Shown: positions 1 through 36,700 of the stretch, piece after piece | How the letters are laid out: the number at the start of each line of letters is the position of its first letter | Position numbering within the stretch: the stretch's first letter is position 1 | Source: Podarcis vaucheri | Taxonomy: Eukaryota | Reading direction: 5' to 3' (one strand) | Assembly: GCA_965113315.1 (NCBI GenBank) | Contig: OZ220368.1 | Length of the DNA: 64,000 nucleotides | Translations under genes and position numbers: made by a program | Notes under the pieces: model-generated | What the model saw: only the letters and a program-made list of their open reading frames with translations | Told to the model about the DNA's origin: nothing | Database searches by the model: none

Positions 1-54
1 CTTGCAGTGATGTTTAGATAATTTATTACATGAACATCACTTTAAGTCTGTGCT
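1..54 (+). ncRNA. MIR499: miR-499 precursor hairpin (5' end cut off by window edge), intronic in MYH7B
   Basis: 1-15 CTTGCAGTGATGTTT is the 3' part of the known miR-499-5p (UUAAGACUUGCAGUGAUGUUU). 33-54 AACATCACTTTAAGTCTGTGCT is the 3p arm and pairs with it across an AT-rich loop. Position in a MYH7B intron matches the known host relationship. Confidence 0.96.
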
Positions 55-941
55 ACTTCTCTCCTCCTCACTCTTGACTGCGGGAAGGAGAACCCTTGGG
101 AAGAAGAAAAGAAACATGGATCTTACCAGGGTTGGAGCAACAGGCCCTTGGCCTTTCCCATGTTGGGAGAGGGAGTTAGCTGGACACAACACTCCACACA
201 TTGAGCCACTTAGCAGAGCAGCAACCATCTGCCTGAGAGACAGTGCTTCACAAGGAATGATCCAGAAACCACAAGGTTAAAAGCAAAGAGGGTTAGGAAT
301 GGTTTTAGATTGCAAGGTAAACTGGGCATGTGGAGAGTACAGAAGCAGCAACATGTTATTTAGCAGCATTGATGGGGCAGTTGTGGGTTTGTTTGTTTTT
401 TAATAGATTGGATGGCCGAACTAAACGTGCCAGTTCTGTTTGCTTAAAGCAGACCTGCCCCATTCACATAAAAAGTGGGAGTGCTGTGGTGGGGGGATAG
501 AGGGCTGTGGTCAGGAGGGAGCAGCCCAATTTTCAGAGCCCCTTAGAGGGGAGTTGAACCTTCCCCAGGCCCACCACTTAACCTGTGCATGGATTTTAAT
601 TTCTGCTCAGTAGCAGGCTACATGCTTTGTACACACAGGGTCCCAGAATCACTTCCCAGAATCTCCAGATAAAGGGATATAAGGGAGCAGGGTTGACCAG
701 GAAATAATAATCTGTGCCTGAGGCCCTTAAAAGCAGCTGGGTGATGGGGATACCCAAAGTCAGGCCTCAAACGCAAATCATCATAATGAGACAGGCTTCT
801 GTGAGAGGAGGCGGCCCTTCAGATATCTGGATCCTAAGCTGCAGAGGGCTTTAAAGGTTAAAACGAACTCCTTGGCTTTTGCTCAGACGTGGACTTGGGG
901 GAGCCTGTGAAGTGACTTAACCCTGTATGTCTGCCTTATAG

Positions 942-23752
<22,811 letters not shown>

Positions 23753-23840
23753 GAAGCTGCAGTGCAACATCCCTTCTCTCACCGTGTATGTCATTGTGTA
23801 GATGTAAATGGCTGCAACAGCCATCACTGTCTCTGTAGTG

Positions 23841-23846
23841 AATAAA
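23841..23846 (+). terminator. Probable MYH7B polyadenylation signal
   Basis: AATAAA 89 nt after the TAA stop, implying a short 3' UTR. Confidence 0.75.
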
Positions 23847-25993
23847 ACCTAGCATTCATGAGAAGGCTGTGACCTATTTATAATTGGGTGGACTATTGTT
23901 CTCACTATGACAATTCCTCTATTTAAAATGGAAATATGGCAGGAAGAACTTTCAAAGTCCTTTTCTAAGAATTCCATCAGTAGGCAACTTTCCCCATCTA
24001 CTTAGTGGAGGATGGCCCGGTAGAGAATTGACTTCCAGTGGTGATAGAGGTGTTTTGTCAAGTACAGCAGGTAAGGAAACATGGTCAGATGTGAAAACTT
24101 CAATCATGAAGTATGTATAGATCAAAGTTTTTTGGACACTCTAAGGTCTTTTGGAAAAATAACTCAAGAACCTACACAAAGGGGAAATGTATTGTTCTAC
24201 CTGACAAAGAGCAGCCTTCATTGTGAAGCCAATGTTTTTAATTCTTAGACATACGGCATCTAATGATAGTTATGCAACAGTAATAATACAGTTGACCCAG
24301 GGCTGCAAAGATACCGTGCTACGTTCTACAGCAGACATATCCCTACTGAAGGTGGTTAGGAGGCAGCCAAGTTCCCCTTAACTATCCCTTCTCAAAGCAT
24401 ATTCAGATTGCAAGCTTCCACATTAATGGTACTTGTTCCCAAAGCATGCAGAATTATGCACAATCACACAAGTATGCCAACAGATCCTACACTAAAGTAG
24501 AATTGGCACCAACCATAAGGGTCCTTAAGACTTGCTGAAAAAGGGTGGTAATCACTTCCAGCCATACAAAGAATAGACCTGTTGATAATTTCAGTGTGTC
24601 TATTGTTAACCCATCAACTCACAAACCTCCACCTGAGCATTACAACTGTGAAGTCCACTTGCTTATACCCAATCCATGCTATTTATAGGAAGAGCTCCGT
24701 GACTATGAGAATTGTTGCAGAAAAAGTAAAGACCTTCACTAGCATATTTTTTTAAAATAAAATTATTTTAATAGTTTCCATTTAATACATTTATGTGCTG
24801 TTAGTAAATCAGCATTAATCTGGGCAGCATGAACATTAATCCACTTGAGATAATTTCCAGGAACATTTGTTGGCCTGGTGAGGCCCACCCTCTTGCCACA
24901 CAGCAGTTCCATTCCTTTAGTGATTAAAAATCCAAACCAAAGCCAACACAGCCAACAGTGACCTTTTTTGTTTTTCAGCCACATTTAAGTGTCACTCATC
25001 GGTATCACTCCTTGAAGCAGTTTGCATTTAAATCCAAGCCTACCATTGCAGTCTCTAAACATTTGCAAAGAAGATTCTATGAGAGAAGCTGTGGCGGGAG
25101 ATCTCTCAGGCATACAAGCTCCCTGTAAGAACTAAAAGGCAAATGGTGCAGCCTGAGTCAAAAACCCCAGCTCAACTCCTTGCAATCACCTTGTAACAGG
25201 GATAGGGAACACAGGTGGCCTTCTAATTGTTGGTGGACTCCAACTCCCATCAGGTCTAACCACTACGGCCAAGGCTGATTGAAGCTGTAGTGCAGCAACA
25301 TCTATGGGGCTGCAAGTTCCTTACCCCTGGGCCTAGACCAATAAACTGGAAACAAATAGAGGAGCATGGTGGGCGATACCAAGCCACTCCCAGGAGTAGC
25401 CAAGGATCAGTCTCACCTGAGTCAAATGCAGAAAAGGAACAAAGCAGCCTGACCATTCAATAACAAGGAAATATGTCATATATACTGGATGAAAATTAGT
25501 AAGTTCTTTGCAGACTGGATGCAATAATTAAAACGACTCAGAGGGCATCCAGTCTCATTTGAGTCTTTTAATACATAGCATTTAATTTGAAGTGTAGGGT
25601 TACTACATTTCTAGAATCAGCGCATAAATATAACCTAGAATTTGGGGAAGGGAAAAAAGGATGAGCCCAAGAAGGAACAGGTTAAAACAAAGAAGCAAAT
25701 GTCTGCTATAAAAAGTTACCTCAACACTTGGACTCATTTGATAACTGTCAAAGGCATGTGGAGTCAGGTAAAGCCAGTTTAATAGTGCCTTGGGATGAAA
25801 ATTTTAACATATCCTTAAAAAAAATAAATCAAAAAGGATGTGGGCTGCTTGCTCCTGCACAGCAGATACATAATTTGCTCCCATATTTCCATTTTAATTT
25901 CTAACATACCACAAAGGAGAACACAGATTGGGTCAGTCTTAAAGTGCTGCGCTGTTCCTTCAAGAGATGCCCAACCAATTAGATTATTTAAAC

Positions 25994-26134
25994 TAGGCTT
26001 CCTCAACCTTGGCTGGCCCTCCAGATGTTTTGAGACTACAATTCCCATCATCCCTGGCCACTGGGTCCTGCTAGCCAGGGATCATGGGAGTTGTAGGCCA
26101 AAAAATTCTGGAGGGCCGAGTTTGAGGACGCCTG
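25994..26134. mobile_element. hAT-type MITE
   Basis: TIRs TAGGCTTCCTCAACCT / AGTTTGAGGACGCCTG. Perfect 8-bp TSD ATTTAAAC (25986-25993, 26135-26142). Confidence 0.85.
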
Positions 26135-26184
26135 ATTTAAACCAAAGAGCAACTAGTACTGTGAGATAGAACAGTACTATACTT

Positions 26185-26190
26185 TTTATT
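26185..26190 (-). terminator. Candidate TRPC4AP polyadenylation signal (alternative candidate at 26966-26971)
   Basis: TTTATT on + (AATAAA on -), about 1.6 kb past the stop codon. Actual usage cannot be determined from sequence. Confidence 0.45.
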
Positions 26191-27765
26191 CTGGAAGCAA
26201 GTGCCTTTGTTTTTTTATAAGGCAAATATATATTAAAATAGTATCTGTAAACAAACCTGCTGCAGTCCAGCTGTTCTTTCCATGGCGTTATCTGAAAATA
26301 AGGTGCAGCAAAAAGTGCAGGGTAAAGATGATGAGAATAGTCAAGCACTCCGCTTTCCCAGCCACTGTTAAGTTCCATGTCTGGAAATTACCTTTCTGAA
26401 CCAAGACTGGTTCTGATATTTAAGGTTTTCCTTCATAGAGGAAAATACCACATAGCCATAGCATTCTAACACAAGACTTTTCAGGGGTATATTGTGCTAT
26501 ATGAGTATGTCCCAGAAGTATACATTTACACATTAAGGGACAATCAAAGTAATTTTAAACTGAGGGAGATAAAGGGCTGCTAAAGCTTCTTAAAGTGCTT
26601 TAGCACAGTAATGAAAAGAATGTTCAGAAAGTTTCTGACTTCAAATATTAGCTTATATTCCAAGTGACTTGTTTAAATGCCAGCAGTTACAAGAGCAAAC
26701 TCAGATATTGTTGAGCAATTTGTCCCCAAACCAAAATCACTGGGCAGCATTTAATACATGTATCATTAGGAGAAGATCAGCCAATTCCAGTAACTATTAC
26801 ACTTCAGGAACAATAAATAAATATATATACACAATTGGAATAAAAGGTGTTAATTTTGCTATTTTAGCCTAGAGTGTTAGGTTTCCAAATAGCAAAAGTT
26901 CAAGAGCGGATTTTATGGTCAGCCAAAGCAGGACTGCAGAATAAATTTTCAACTTGAGTTGGTTATTTATTGACAAAATGGTCAGGCTGCAATATTTAGA
27001 GTGGGGGAAATCAGTTAATTTCAATTCATTAGTGCCTAGTCAAAGCTAGGCTCCCAAGACTAACCCCATCACCACAATGTATGCGTGTTCTAGACCACAC
27101 TGTAAAATCAGCTGAAGACAAGAGATTTCCACAGAACGGAGATACTTCTGGATGCAATACCACAACAAGATAAAATAAGGGGTTTGGACACAAGTTTTGT
27201 AGGAGACAATCCCAAAGTAGTTTGCAAAGAAGTGAAGAGAGCTATTATCTCCAAGAATTTAAAAGCAAAATACACACACAATCAGTTCTATATCCCAATG
27301 CAAAGGAAAAAGCAATAAAAATAGAAACTTTTAAAAGTGGCTTAAATGTGGCTGGTGTGCATCTGGCGTGCCCATAAAAATCGGCTTGTTTGGATGGCCC
27401 AAAAAATTGCCTGCACTTTTAACATCTAATTCTGGTAGCCAGGATAAAAAGCCACAGCTAACAACTGCACATCTGAAAGATCCCATCTATCAAACTCAAA
27501 GGATTCTAGCCACAGTGAGCAGAAAAGACTGGGCTTTTTGCAGACAATTTCGGACAGAACACAAGCATTCCCTGAATATGTTGACTAGGAAGTTGGTGAT
27601 GTCTTGCTCTTCAAAACAGTGCTGAGAGCAGGGGATGGAGAGAGAAAACTTTAACATGGTAACATTCCATAGTTCCAAGTTTGTGCACACAGCATATCCC
27701 TGAAAATCCATTGTCTGCAAGATTCCCTCTGAAGCACAGTCCATTGGAAGCCAGAGCCTGAAGAA

Positions 27766-30700
27766 TTACTCCTCGGCAAAATCTCTGTCCATGTCCATGT
27801 ATGCCTCGTCAATGTAGCTAACTATGGCACAAGGTGATGTCCGGTCTGGGCTAAGCAGTATAGATACAGTCTCTTTCCAGTAGGAAAAACTAATACATGA
27901 ACTCTGTAAAGAAGGTAGGAAAAAAAGTTTATGCTACAGCACAACAGCAAGTACCACTAAAATGCAGCTGTATCTAGCAACTGACTTGCTACCAAGAACA
28001 GAAACTTCATGTTGGCCCCACCCATTATCAAACACAGGGAAACTAGGAATTAAAATTGAATTCAGAGCAACTTAGCCCAGTCTTCTTTCAGGAGCATGTT
28101 CTTTTGAAAGGAAAGCAAATTTTCTTAGAATGCAGAAATTATGCAATCAGTATGACCATTTTATAATTTTTTATAAATTTCATAAATTTTCCAAATAAGC
28201 TGCTGAATATGAACGAATATCACAGCAATGTATAATAAATATAATGCCCCCCACAAAAAAAATCTGATACTGCCCGTGAATCAAATCTGGGAAAGCCCAC
28301 TGAAGTAGTTTTTTTAGCATATAACCAATTGTTGGAGCCTGCCTAATTTCGACAGATGTTGTATTCCACAAGGCAGGTGCCCCTGTGCTGAAGGCCTTCT
28401 GAGTTACCATGAAACAAAGCTCCAGCACACATGGCACCACAGACAACTGCAGTGGACAGGCAGCAAAGGCGATCTTTCAGACAGCCTGGTTCCTAGTTGT
28501 TTAGGGCTTTATATGCCAACAAGTGAAACTTTAAATTTGGCCCAGTAGCACAACAATCTTTCTGGCCTGAACCAGGACATCCCCCATCCAGTAATCAGCC
28601 AGATGTCTCCAGGGAGACCAAAATGATAATGTTTTCCATATGTTTTTTACTATAGAAAGTTATAAAAACTGCTTTGCAGTGGAAAAATGTTATGACACAA
28701 CTGGTCAAGAACACAGCATAAGCATTTCCATGCTAATCATGGTGTGTGTGTGTGGGGGTGTATGTGTGTGTTAGTTACTATATAAAGTAGCAGACAATGC
28801 TGGGCTATTGCTTCAAATTAACATGGACCAAATGCATAGGTACATAGAAAGCACTGTTTTACTATAGCTAAGAAATTCAGTCTAGTTTAGATCTACCTAC
28901 ACAAAACATGGGTTCTCACTTTTTCAAGGCAGATGTAGCCTGCATCTGAGGAAGCAGAATGTTTCTGTGGCAGCGCACAGTCTGTTCTGGCTTACCAAGA
29001 AACTGCGACACTGACAGTAACCAAAAAATGCTTTAGTTTTGTTGAGAGCCCAACACAGCCACCTAAGAGTGTTCAATTCTCGCATATTCTTAAAATACAC
29101 CCTGACACTCATGTTGCTGTTGCATTACACTGCCTTAGCACTGTCATTACATCATCTATCTCTTTTACTCTTTCCCCACTGGGCCACAATTACAAAATAT
29201 AAAGAGCATATTCCAAAGCAACTGGAACAGACATACATTTTCTAAGCAGGTGCTGTCCTTGTCCTTATTGAGGTAATGCTGTTGCCAGAAACGCAGAAGA
29301 CTGTGAAAATTATTCAGGATAAATCCAGGGTATTTCTTGGTGTATTCCATCTCTTGCAGTGTCTGAAGATAGAAGGGAAGTTTGTCCTTCCTTCGGGCCA
29401 GCATTAAGATAACTAGACTTGTGTTCAGACAACTTACATTTTCCTATAGTAAAGAAAATAAGGATAAAAAATATAAAAGGCTCAAACTAACAGATATTCC
29501 CAGTCCATTTATGGAACACTAGAGTCCAACAGGTTAGGAACTTAAAGGAAAACATCACATTGGATACAAAATCTATTTACATATGCTCCATGGGAGATCA
29601 GTGCCAGTTTTTTACCTGTGTGAGTGTCTGTACATGAATAATATTAATAAGCCGGAAAAGGAAGGACATCCTCATGGACATCTGTGACATGTAGGATAAC
29701 AGGCGGCACTCAGACAGGACTTCTGCCACTGTAGGAGACAAGCCATTTGTTAGGTTGAAAGAGCTGAGCCAAAATCATTTATGAAAGGACTAACAGCTTT
29801 GCCAATATTTGTTTCTATCCACTGTTCGTTAATTGAGAAAAGCAACCACATGAAGTGCCCATTAAAATTACCACTTTTTAAACTTCAAAGAAACTCAGAC
29901 AAAAACAGCAGTAGCAATAATGGGTACTTATCTATTGTGAACAGATACTAGGAGTTTTACCTGTTTGTTATCATCAGTTCATCCAAGCCTTAGTGGCTGC
30001 TGAAAATCTTTCTGAAGTTGCTGGCAGTGCAGCAAATATGCCACTGCTAGGCAGCATGGGGGGAAAGCCTGACCCTGTATGTACCTGCTCGCCATGGACC
30101 AGGAACCAATCATTGCACCCAATAATTCCAAAAGGATTTTCAGAAGCCACCACATCCCTGATGGTTATGGACACAGTTGCCCAAATTTTAAAAACAATTT
30201 CTTGGTCTCAGAACAGACCGCAGTTACCTTTAATATCTGATTGGCTCTCAAATCGATCTAGAGACAAAGTAATACAACGAACCAGCATGTTGGAATCAAC
30301 CAGTGAGCTGTTGATCTGATTCAAAAATATCTGAAACTAAAAAAGTAGAGTGATTAGGCTTTGCCAGCATCCAATATATTATAAGGCTGAGGATTCATCT
30401 GGGACTCTGGGGGTTTAGGTTTACCTTTTCATCCGTATTGATGTATTTATTAAACCTCTTGAAAGCATCTATGTTGAATTTCATCAGTTCTCCCAGAAGA
30501 TCAAAGTAACTCTGAAGCACATCTCGTGACTTGCATTCGCTGTCTACAATGCAGTAGAGAATATGCTGGCAAGGAGAAAAATATTACCATAAAGACAATA
30601 AGCTTCACATTTTGCTTTCCGCAGGCAGAAATAAAAAGGGCTTTGACTTCCTATACTGGTTACGGGAAGGTGTTTTGACTTGCTAGGGGATTAAGCCTGA

Positions 30701-33700
30701 TAATTTATAACTGTGGTTTCAGAGACACAGAGCACAGTAAAGTGACAAACTTCAGAAGATTAGACTGAACCCTAGATTATGACAATGTCTAAGAAGTTGA
30801 TTAACTCTTAGTAAAGACTCCATGTTCTCTAAGAAATCAAGGGTTTAAGGGTTTAGAAGCATGTTTCACAAACATTTGTATTTAGTAAACATTTAGAATA
30901 CCTCTAGGAGCCCTCTCTTTAGCAGGAACATCTGATCTGCATAAGAAGTAGCGCCCCGTAAGAAACTTTCAACTGCCCTGGCTTGCCAAAACCTGGTGCA
31001 TAAAATAAAATTAACACCTTATATTAAGAAAGAAACATCCGGTTAATTGTAAATAAAAAGTGGAAACAGTTTTATGTGACATGCTCTTTTGATAGTGAGA
31101 ACAGTTGCAGGGAAAGCAAAGCAAAATTTTGGCTGTATATGTGGATCTTCCTTATGTGTATCGCTAGTTAGGATTCAAAGTTTAAACAACTAAGACATCT
31201 TTAGAAACTAGGCAACTTTAAGGTCATGGGCAGGGTAGAAACCATGCTGAGAGAAGGTCTCCTATCCCTGAGCACTGCTGGCCTCAATTTTTTCAATTTA
31301 AGGACAAAACTAATCAAACTAAGTTTTTTAATAGTTGGCAAGGATCCAATTTCTCTCTGGACTCTGAAGATCAAGTTTTTCTACAACAGAACACTATGCT
31401 TAATGTAGTAATAACAGAGCCCACCTGAATGATGATTCCGCTGGCTCTTTCTTCATTACCTGAAGAAGTCTGGTCAGCAAGCCTCTTTTCCCATCACAGA
31501 CTAAATTCCTAAAACATGGGGAGAAACCAATGGGCTGAAGGGGAATTTATTAAGAAAATATCTAGCAGTTCTATAAAGCAATACCCAAGTAAACTATGCC
31601 AAGCTTTTGCAATGCTACAACCATTTCAAAATGGATGGTGTATTTTGAACATACTGTGACTCCATGGAACATTACAGTCTAACACCCCCTGCTGGTGAAT
31701 GAATTTTCTATTGCAATTCTAAAAACCTTTTCAATGGGCTTGAATCTTAAGTGCTCAAGAAGAAAACCTGCATTTGTAAAAACCTTGTGCTCTCACACAT
31801 AAACAGATACTACAAATTTTATTGTTTTAGCTTTTTGTAAACCGCTTTGAGGTTTTGTTTTGTTTTTGTAATCAAGTGGTGTATATTTTTTATGAATAAA
31901 ATAAAACATGACTACAGTCTAAATCTAAGCCTCACTGAATGTAGGATATTTCTGAGCTTACATGCACAAGAACGGGTTGTTACTTTTCCATTATGCAACA
32001 TTCAGAACTGTACAAACTCAGAACTTGCATATTCTAACCCAACAGATGTTAGTTCAATTTTTAAAAAAAGTTTTACACCCAGGGTTTTTTGATAGCCAAT
32101 ATGGAAATACTTGTATGTTCCAGATGTCTCTAGATGTAGAAGATTACACAATGTGTAATTATAGGGAGGTTATGAAAACAAGCAAAAGCAGAATGGTGTT
32201 GGCACATGGCTAAAACACAGAGGCCACCTTACCCGGTTTATCATTCCATATCAATTGAACTTTCTGCTAGGCAAATGAACAATAATCAGTCCCATGAATC
32301 CTCAAATGTTAGGAATCTGAGGGTTGAAGTCCATTTGCTTGCACCTTTGTCCTTCAAACTGACATCTACAGCAACGTTATTTCCCAGGCCAAATAGCTTG
32401 GAAAGGGGGCAGTAAGGACCACATCTTGCTACTACTTGTTTTGCTTTTTTTAAAAAGAATGCATGCCGCTATTGCCCACAAACTCAATCTGTTGTTTCTA
32501 CGAAAAGGGTGAAGCTACGAAACCTGTTCCCTCTTAGATGGAAAGAATGTCCCATGCCTCAAATGCGGCAACATAAAGCATTGCACAAGCTACATTCATA
32601 AACAGAATGTGCAGCAATTCACTAGGAAGTCAGCACGACCCAATTTGGAATTTGTATGTAATAAATATTTAAACAGAAATATAGGTATAAAGGACATTAT
32701 ATAAATAAATATGTTCATTTGTATTAAGTGTATGTGTACTTTAAATACGTTAATAAAATTCCTTATGAAGTCCTATGTGATCCTTTTCCTGCCTCCCATG
32801 CATGTTCTCATCAGTTATCAAAATTACCTATGATTTGCAATCTCCACTCTCAAAATCCATCACTTATGCATTCACACTCTCCAGCCAACATTAGCTGCTA
32901 AGTGTTCACAGGTCTGAATAAACAGACCTAAGTTCTGCCTCAAAAGGGACAGAGTTGGCTTTAGGGGTAGAAGCAGATTGTAAAGGACTGCAAGCAATCC
33001 CTAAAGGGCATATGTGGCCCCACCCAGATGTCCAATATACACTTCAGAAAGATGTCATTGCATTGTGTGAGTGATTCACGTTTTTGCTAGTTCAACATAC
33101 CAACAAAGTTAGAGATAACCCAACTTATTGCAGGGGTTCAAGAGACAGGCCTGGTAAAACAGGATACTTGCCATACTTTCAGAAAGAACAAATGATACAA
33201 ACATACATGCACTTCTCTCTACCTGTCTGTGTTGACAACTGCCTCTACTTCAGGGATGTTGGCTTTGAGGGATATTGCACTCAGTTCATTAAGCTCTTGG
33301 CTGTTTAGAAGCAGATACTTGTTCCTAATATAAAAATCAGGACAGAAGGGGTGATTACAAACATTGATTCTTTAATGCATCATCTACATTCCTTTTGCAA
33401 AAATGCACACAACTATGCTGGTTCTTCTGTGGTATCAAGGTTCTATTCAGTTTTACAGAAAGATGGAGCCAAAACATAACTAAGTATTGGACAAATAATC
33501 TCACAATTTGGGTTTGAGCCCTGAGAATCCATAGAATGAACCCACAGAATAAACTACAGGTTGCATTCAAAGTAACATTAGATAGTTCCTTGCACAAGCA
33601 GAATGACTTCTGCTTGTGCAACAGAATGTCTCCCCTTCCCCCATCTCCCCCTGTTCTGGGGTTTCCCCCCAACACTTTAGAGCAGACTTGGGGATGGCAC

Positions 33701-36700
33701 AGGGGGCAAACTTCTGTTGCACAAGCAGGAATCATTCTGCTTGCGTAATTATTTAGCTGAATACTGTCATATTAAAGGAAATTGTGAAAAAGGAGCTCCT
33801 AAAATAGCAAAAGGCCAAGTTTCACAATTCCAGTTCCTTTCCCCCTGAACCTATTGATAAAGAATGTCCTAAATATAAGTTTAGATTTGGGGCAATCTGT
33901 TTAGGATCTCAAAATTCATGCCCATAGTGCCTTTGAATGTGTCCTCTGACAAAACTAGTCCAAACAGCTGTATTCCATTTTTTGGTCCCTTGTATGCTGG
34001 CAGCCACTGCACAGTCTCTCCCAAAATGTGCTTTACAAATACCTCCCAATATCTTTGCACTCACTTCTTGGAAGTGTAACAGCAAAACATGATCAAAACC
34101 ATTACATATTCTTTGTATGTTACATTTAAGGAAGTTCTAAATTATCCGAGTTACTTCAAATATGATGTTCCATCAATTCAGCAATACATGAAGTGCCACC
34201 ACAAAGTTTATGGCAAACATATTCTATACTCACTCATGGTGATCACTGAAACTCTGAAGTAGCCTCAAAAACTGAATCTTCAATGTAATATCCTACAGAA
34301 GAAAGAAGTTGAGAATTTATTTTATAAGAAACATTACAGAATATCCTTACGAGCAGAATGGTAGAAACATCAAGTCACGACTTCCAGGCTTTAAAAAATA
34401 TTTAAGCCATTTTAGAGAGTGATGATGTTACTAATGCAATCAGAAAAAAATACTAGAACGAAAAACAACTGAAGAGGCTAGCTATCAACATTATTAACAG
34501 CTATTACATGTGAGCTCTTAAGGGCCATTTCAAAAGAACATCCCCTATGCAGCAGCTTAAACCTAATACTCACCGGGCTACAGTCACAGTTTTGATTATG
34601 CCCATGCAGAACAAGGGCTGATGCTGAATGTTTCCGCCAGATCAATTTATCAAACAAATTATTAAGGCCAGGGATCAATCTGAATTCTGCTATCATCTTG
34701 TGAACCTAGGCAAGAAGAATAATCAGGTATATTCACTACAGGTATATTGTTTTAAGATCTTCCATAAACTGTGCCAGTTTATTCTTTTAAGCTCCCCCAC
34801 CTCTCCACAAAATATAGCCCATTATATATATTAAAAATATCATAATCTACACATACACACTTTGAAAAGATTATAGGATTTTAAGTAGCTGGACCCCCAT
34901 TTGAATTTTCAGAGCTGCTGCTTGCAGTTCACTACACACTTCTGATGCAGAATCTCACCTGATTCCTTTGCCTGCCCATTAAAAGGACACAGAGGACATA
35001 CAAAACTTCCAGTTTATACATAATCTCATGCATAATCTTCATGGTCTGCGGAAGTTGATTCCTTGGTGAAGTAGAGGCAAATCCACTCTCATCTGAAGAT
35101 TCTAAAAGACCAAAAAAAAAAAAAAAAAACCTGGGCAAGGAGGTAGTTATATGATAGTTATCAATGCAACAAAAATGTAGTAAATGAGAAGATGCTAAGT
35201 TTCTTCAATGCAGCAGAAACTGAATACACCATCCTGAGGTATTTGCACAAGTATTTCCAATCTTTTTAGGTACTGCTGCACACATGCTTCCATTCCAGTA
35301 CGAAAATGTCAAAGCAAGAGTACACTGCAAGACAAGGCCACATGCAGATCTACCAGGATATTAAATGGCTGTTCTAGCAAATTTAAAAGCAGGTACCTGT
35401 GCTGCTTTGCTCTGTCTCTTCACCTGCCACACGCATTAGTGCATCAAGTACAAGTGCATTATCTAGCCAGGTGTACCACTCCTCCAATTCTTGAAGGAAA
35501 CTTGAAGTTCCTGTTGTTTCTGAAACTTTTCTGGTTGCTAGTTTACACAGTCGTTCAATGAAGCCTGGTATATTGAGGAGTGCAGCTATGACAAGAAGCA
35601 AATAGGTTTGATTAACAAATGTTAAATTGATGGAACAACTATTATTAAAAATCCAAATGAAATCAAGTTTACTTCCATCTTAAAATACTTTAGCTGAGTA
35701 CATATCAATTTGAGTACATATTAATTTCAGAAACAGGATGCCTTACCTTGATTAATTTCCGCCCGAGAAGGACCCACGTTCTTTTTCTGTTGAGCATTTT
35801 TTGCAAGAAGTGTATGTTTGTCATCACTGCCTGTGTCCAGTTCTGAAATTGTAACTGCAAGGATCCTGCAGAAGTTTGCAAGCTGCTGTTGGTCAAAGCT
35901 AGAGACTAGACTGGAGAGGTTTGGAATATCCTCCAACTGAATCATTTCCTAAAACATGACAAGCGATATGCTGACTGCTAGTGACCCATAGAATATTTTT
36001 TTAAAAAATTAGCAAAGATATTATTTCCAAGATTCTTGCAGATTAAAACCCTATTCTGATCTCCATCTGAAACCACTAGCTAGAAGTGGAGAAAGGAAGC
36101 ACTGATCTAAATGTCCCTAAACATGCTAACTTGCGCTTCATTTTGTCCCTAAGACAAAGGGGGATCCTGAACATATTCAGCTGAATGTGCTTAGAATACT
36201 GAAAGGGAAACCAGGGTTCCCATTTAAAAGGAGGAGTCTAACTGTATTAATATTCAGTTCAAAGTGCATTTGCAGTCAGGAACCTAAGATGCACTCAGCT
36301 GAAGGTCTGAAAAGGAGCTGGTGTGCACCTCTGTCCTCACCTCACTTTAACACTTTCTGGCAAACTCCTAGATAGGGCATTATATAGAGATAGGAATCTC
36401 TTAATTTACCACTCTGAAGAACATTAACATAATTTAAACTACAGTAAGCCTGCAATTTATATGGGGGCTATATTACAGGGATCATGCCTACAGCCAAAAT
36501 CACATCTAGTCAAAACACATTGAGCTCAATGGCAGCTGGGATTTCCCAGACACCCACCCCCTTTCTATTGAAAAAAATTTTTTTTTCTGCCAAGCATGTA
36601 AAACTGAATGGGCACAAGTAAATTGCATGCAAGTTGTGGGCTTACTGTAACCGTTTTACTTTTTATATTACTTGCTATGTGGCTCATTAGATTCTGTATA

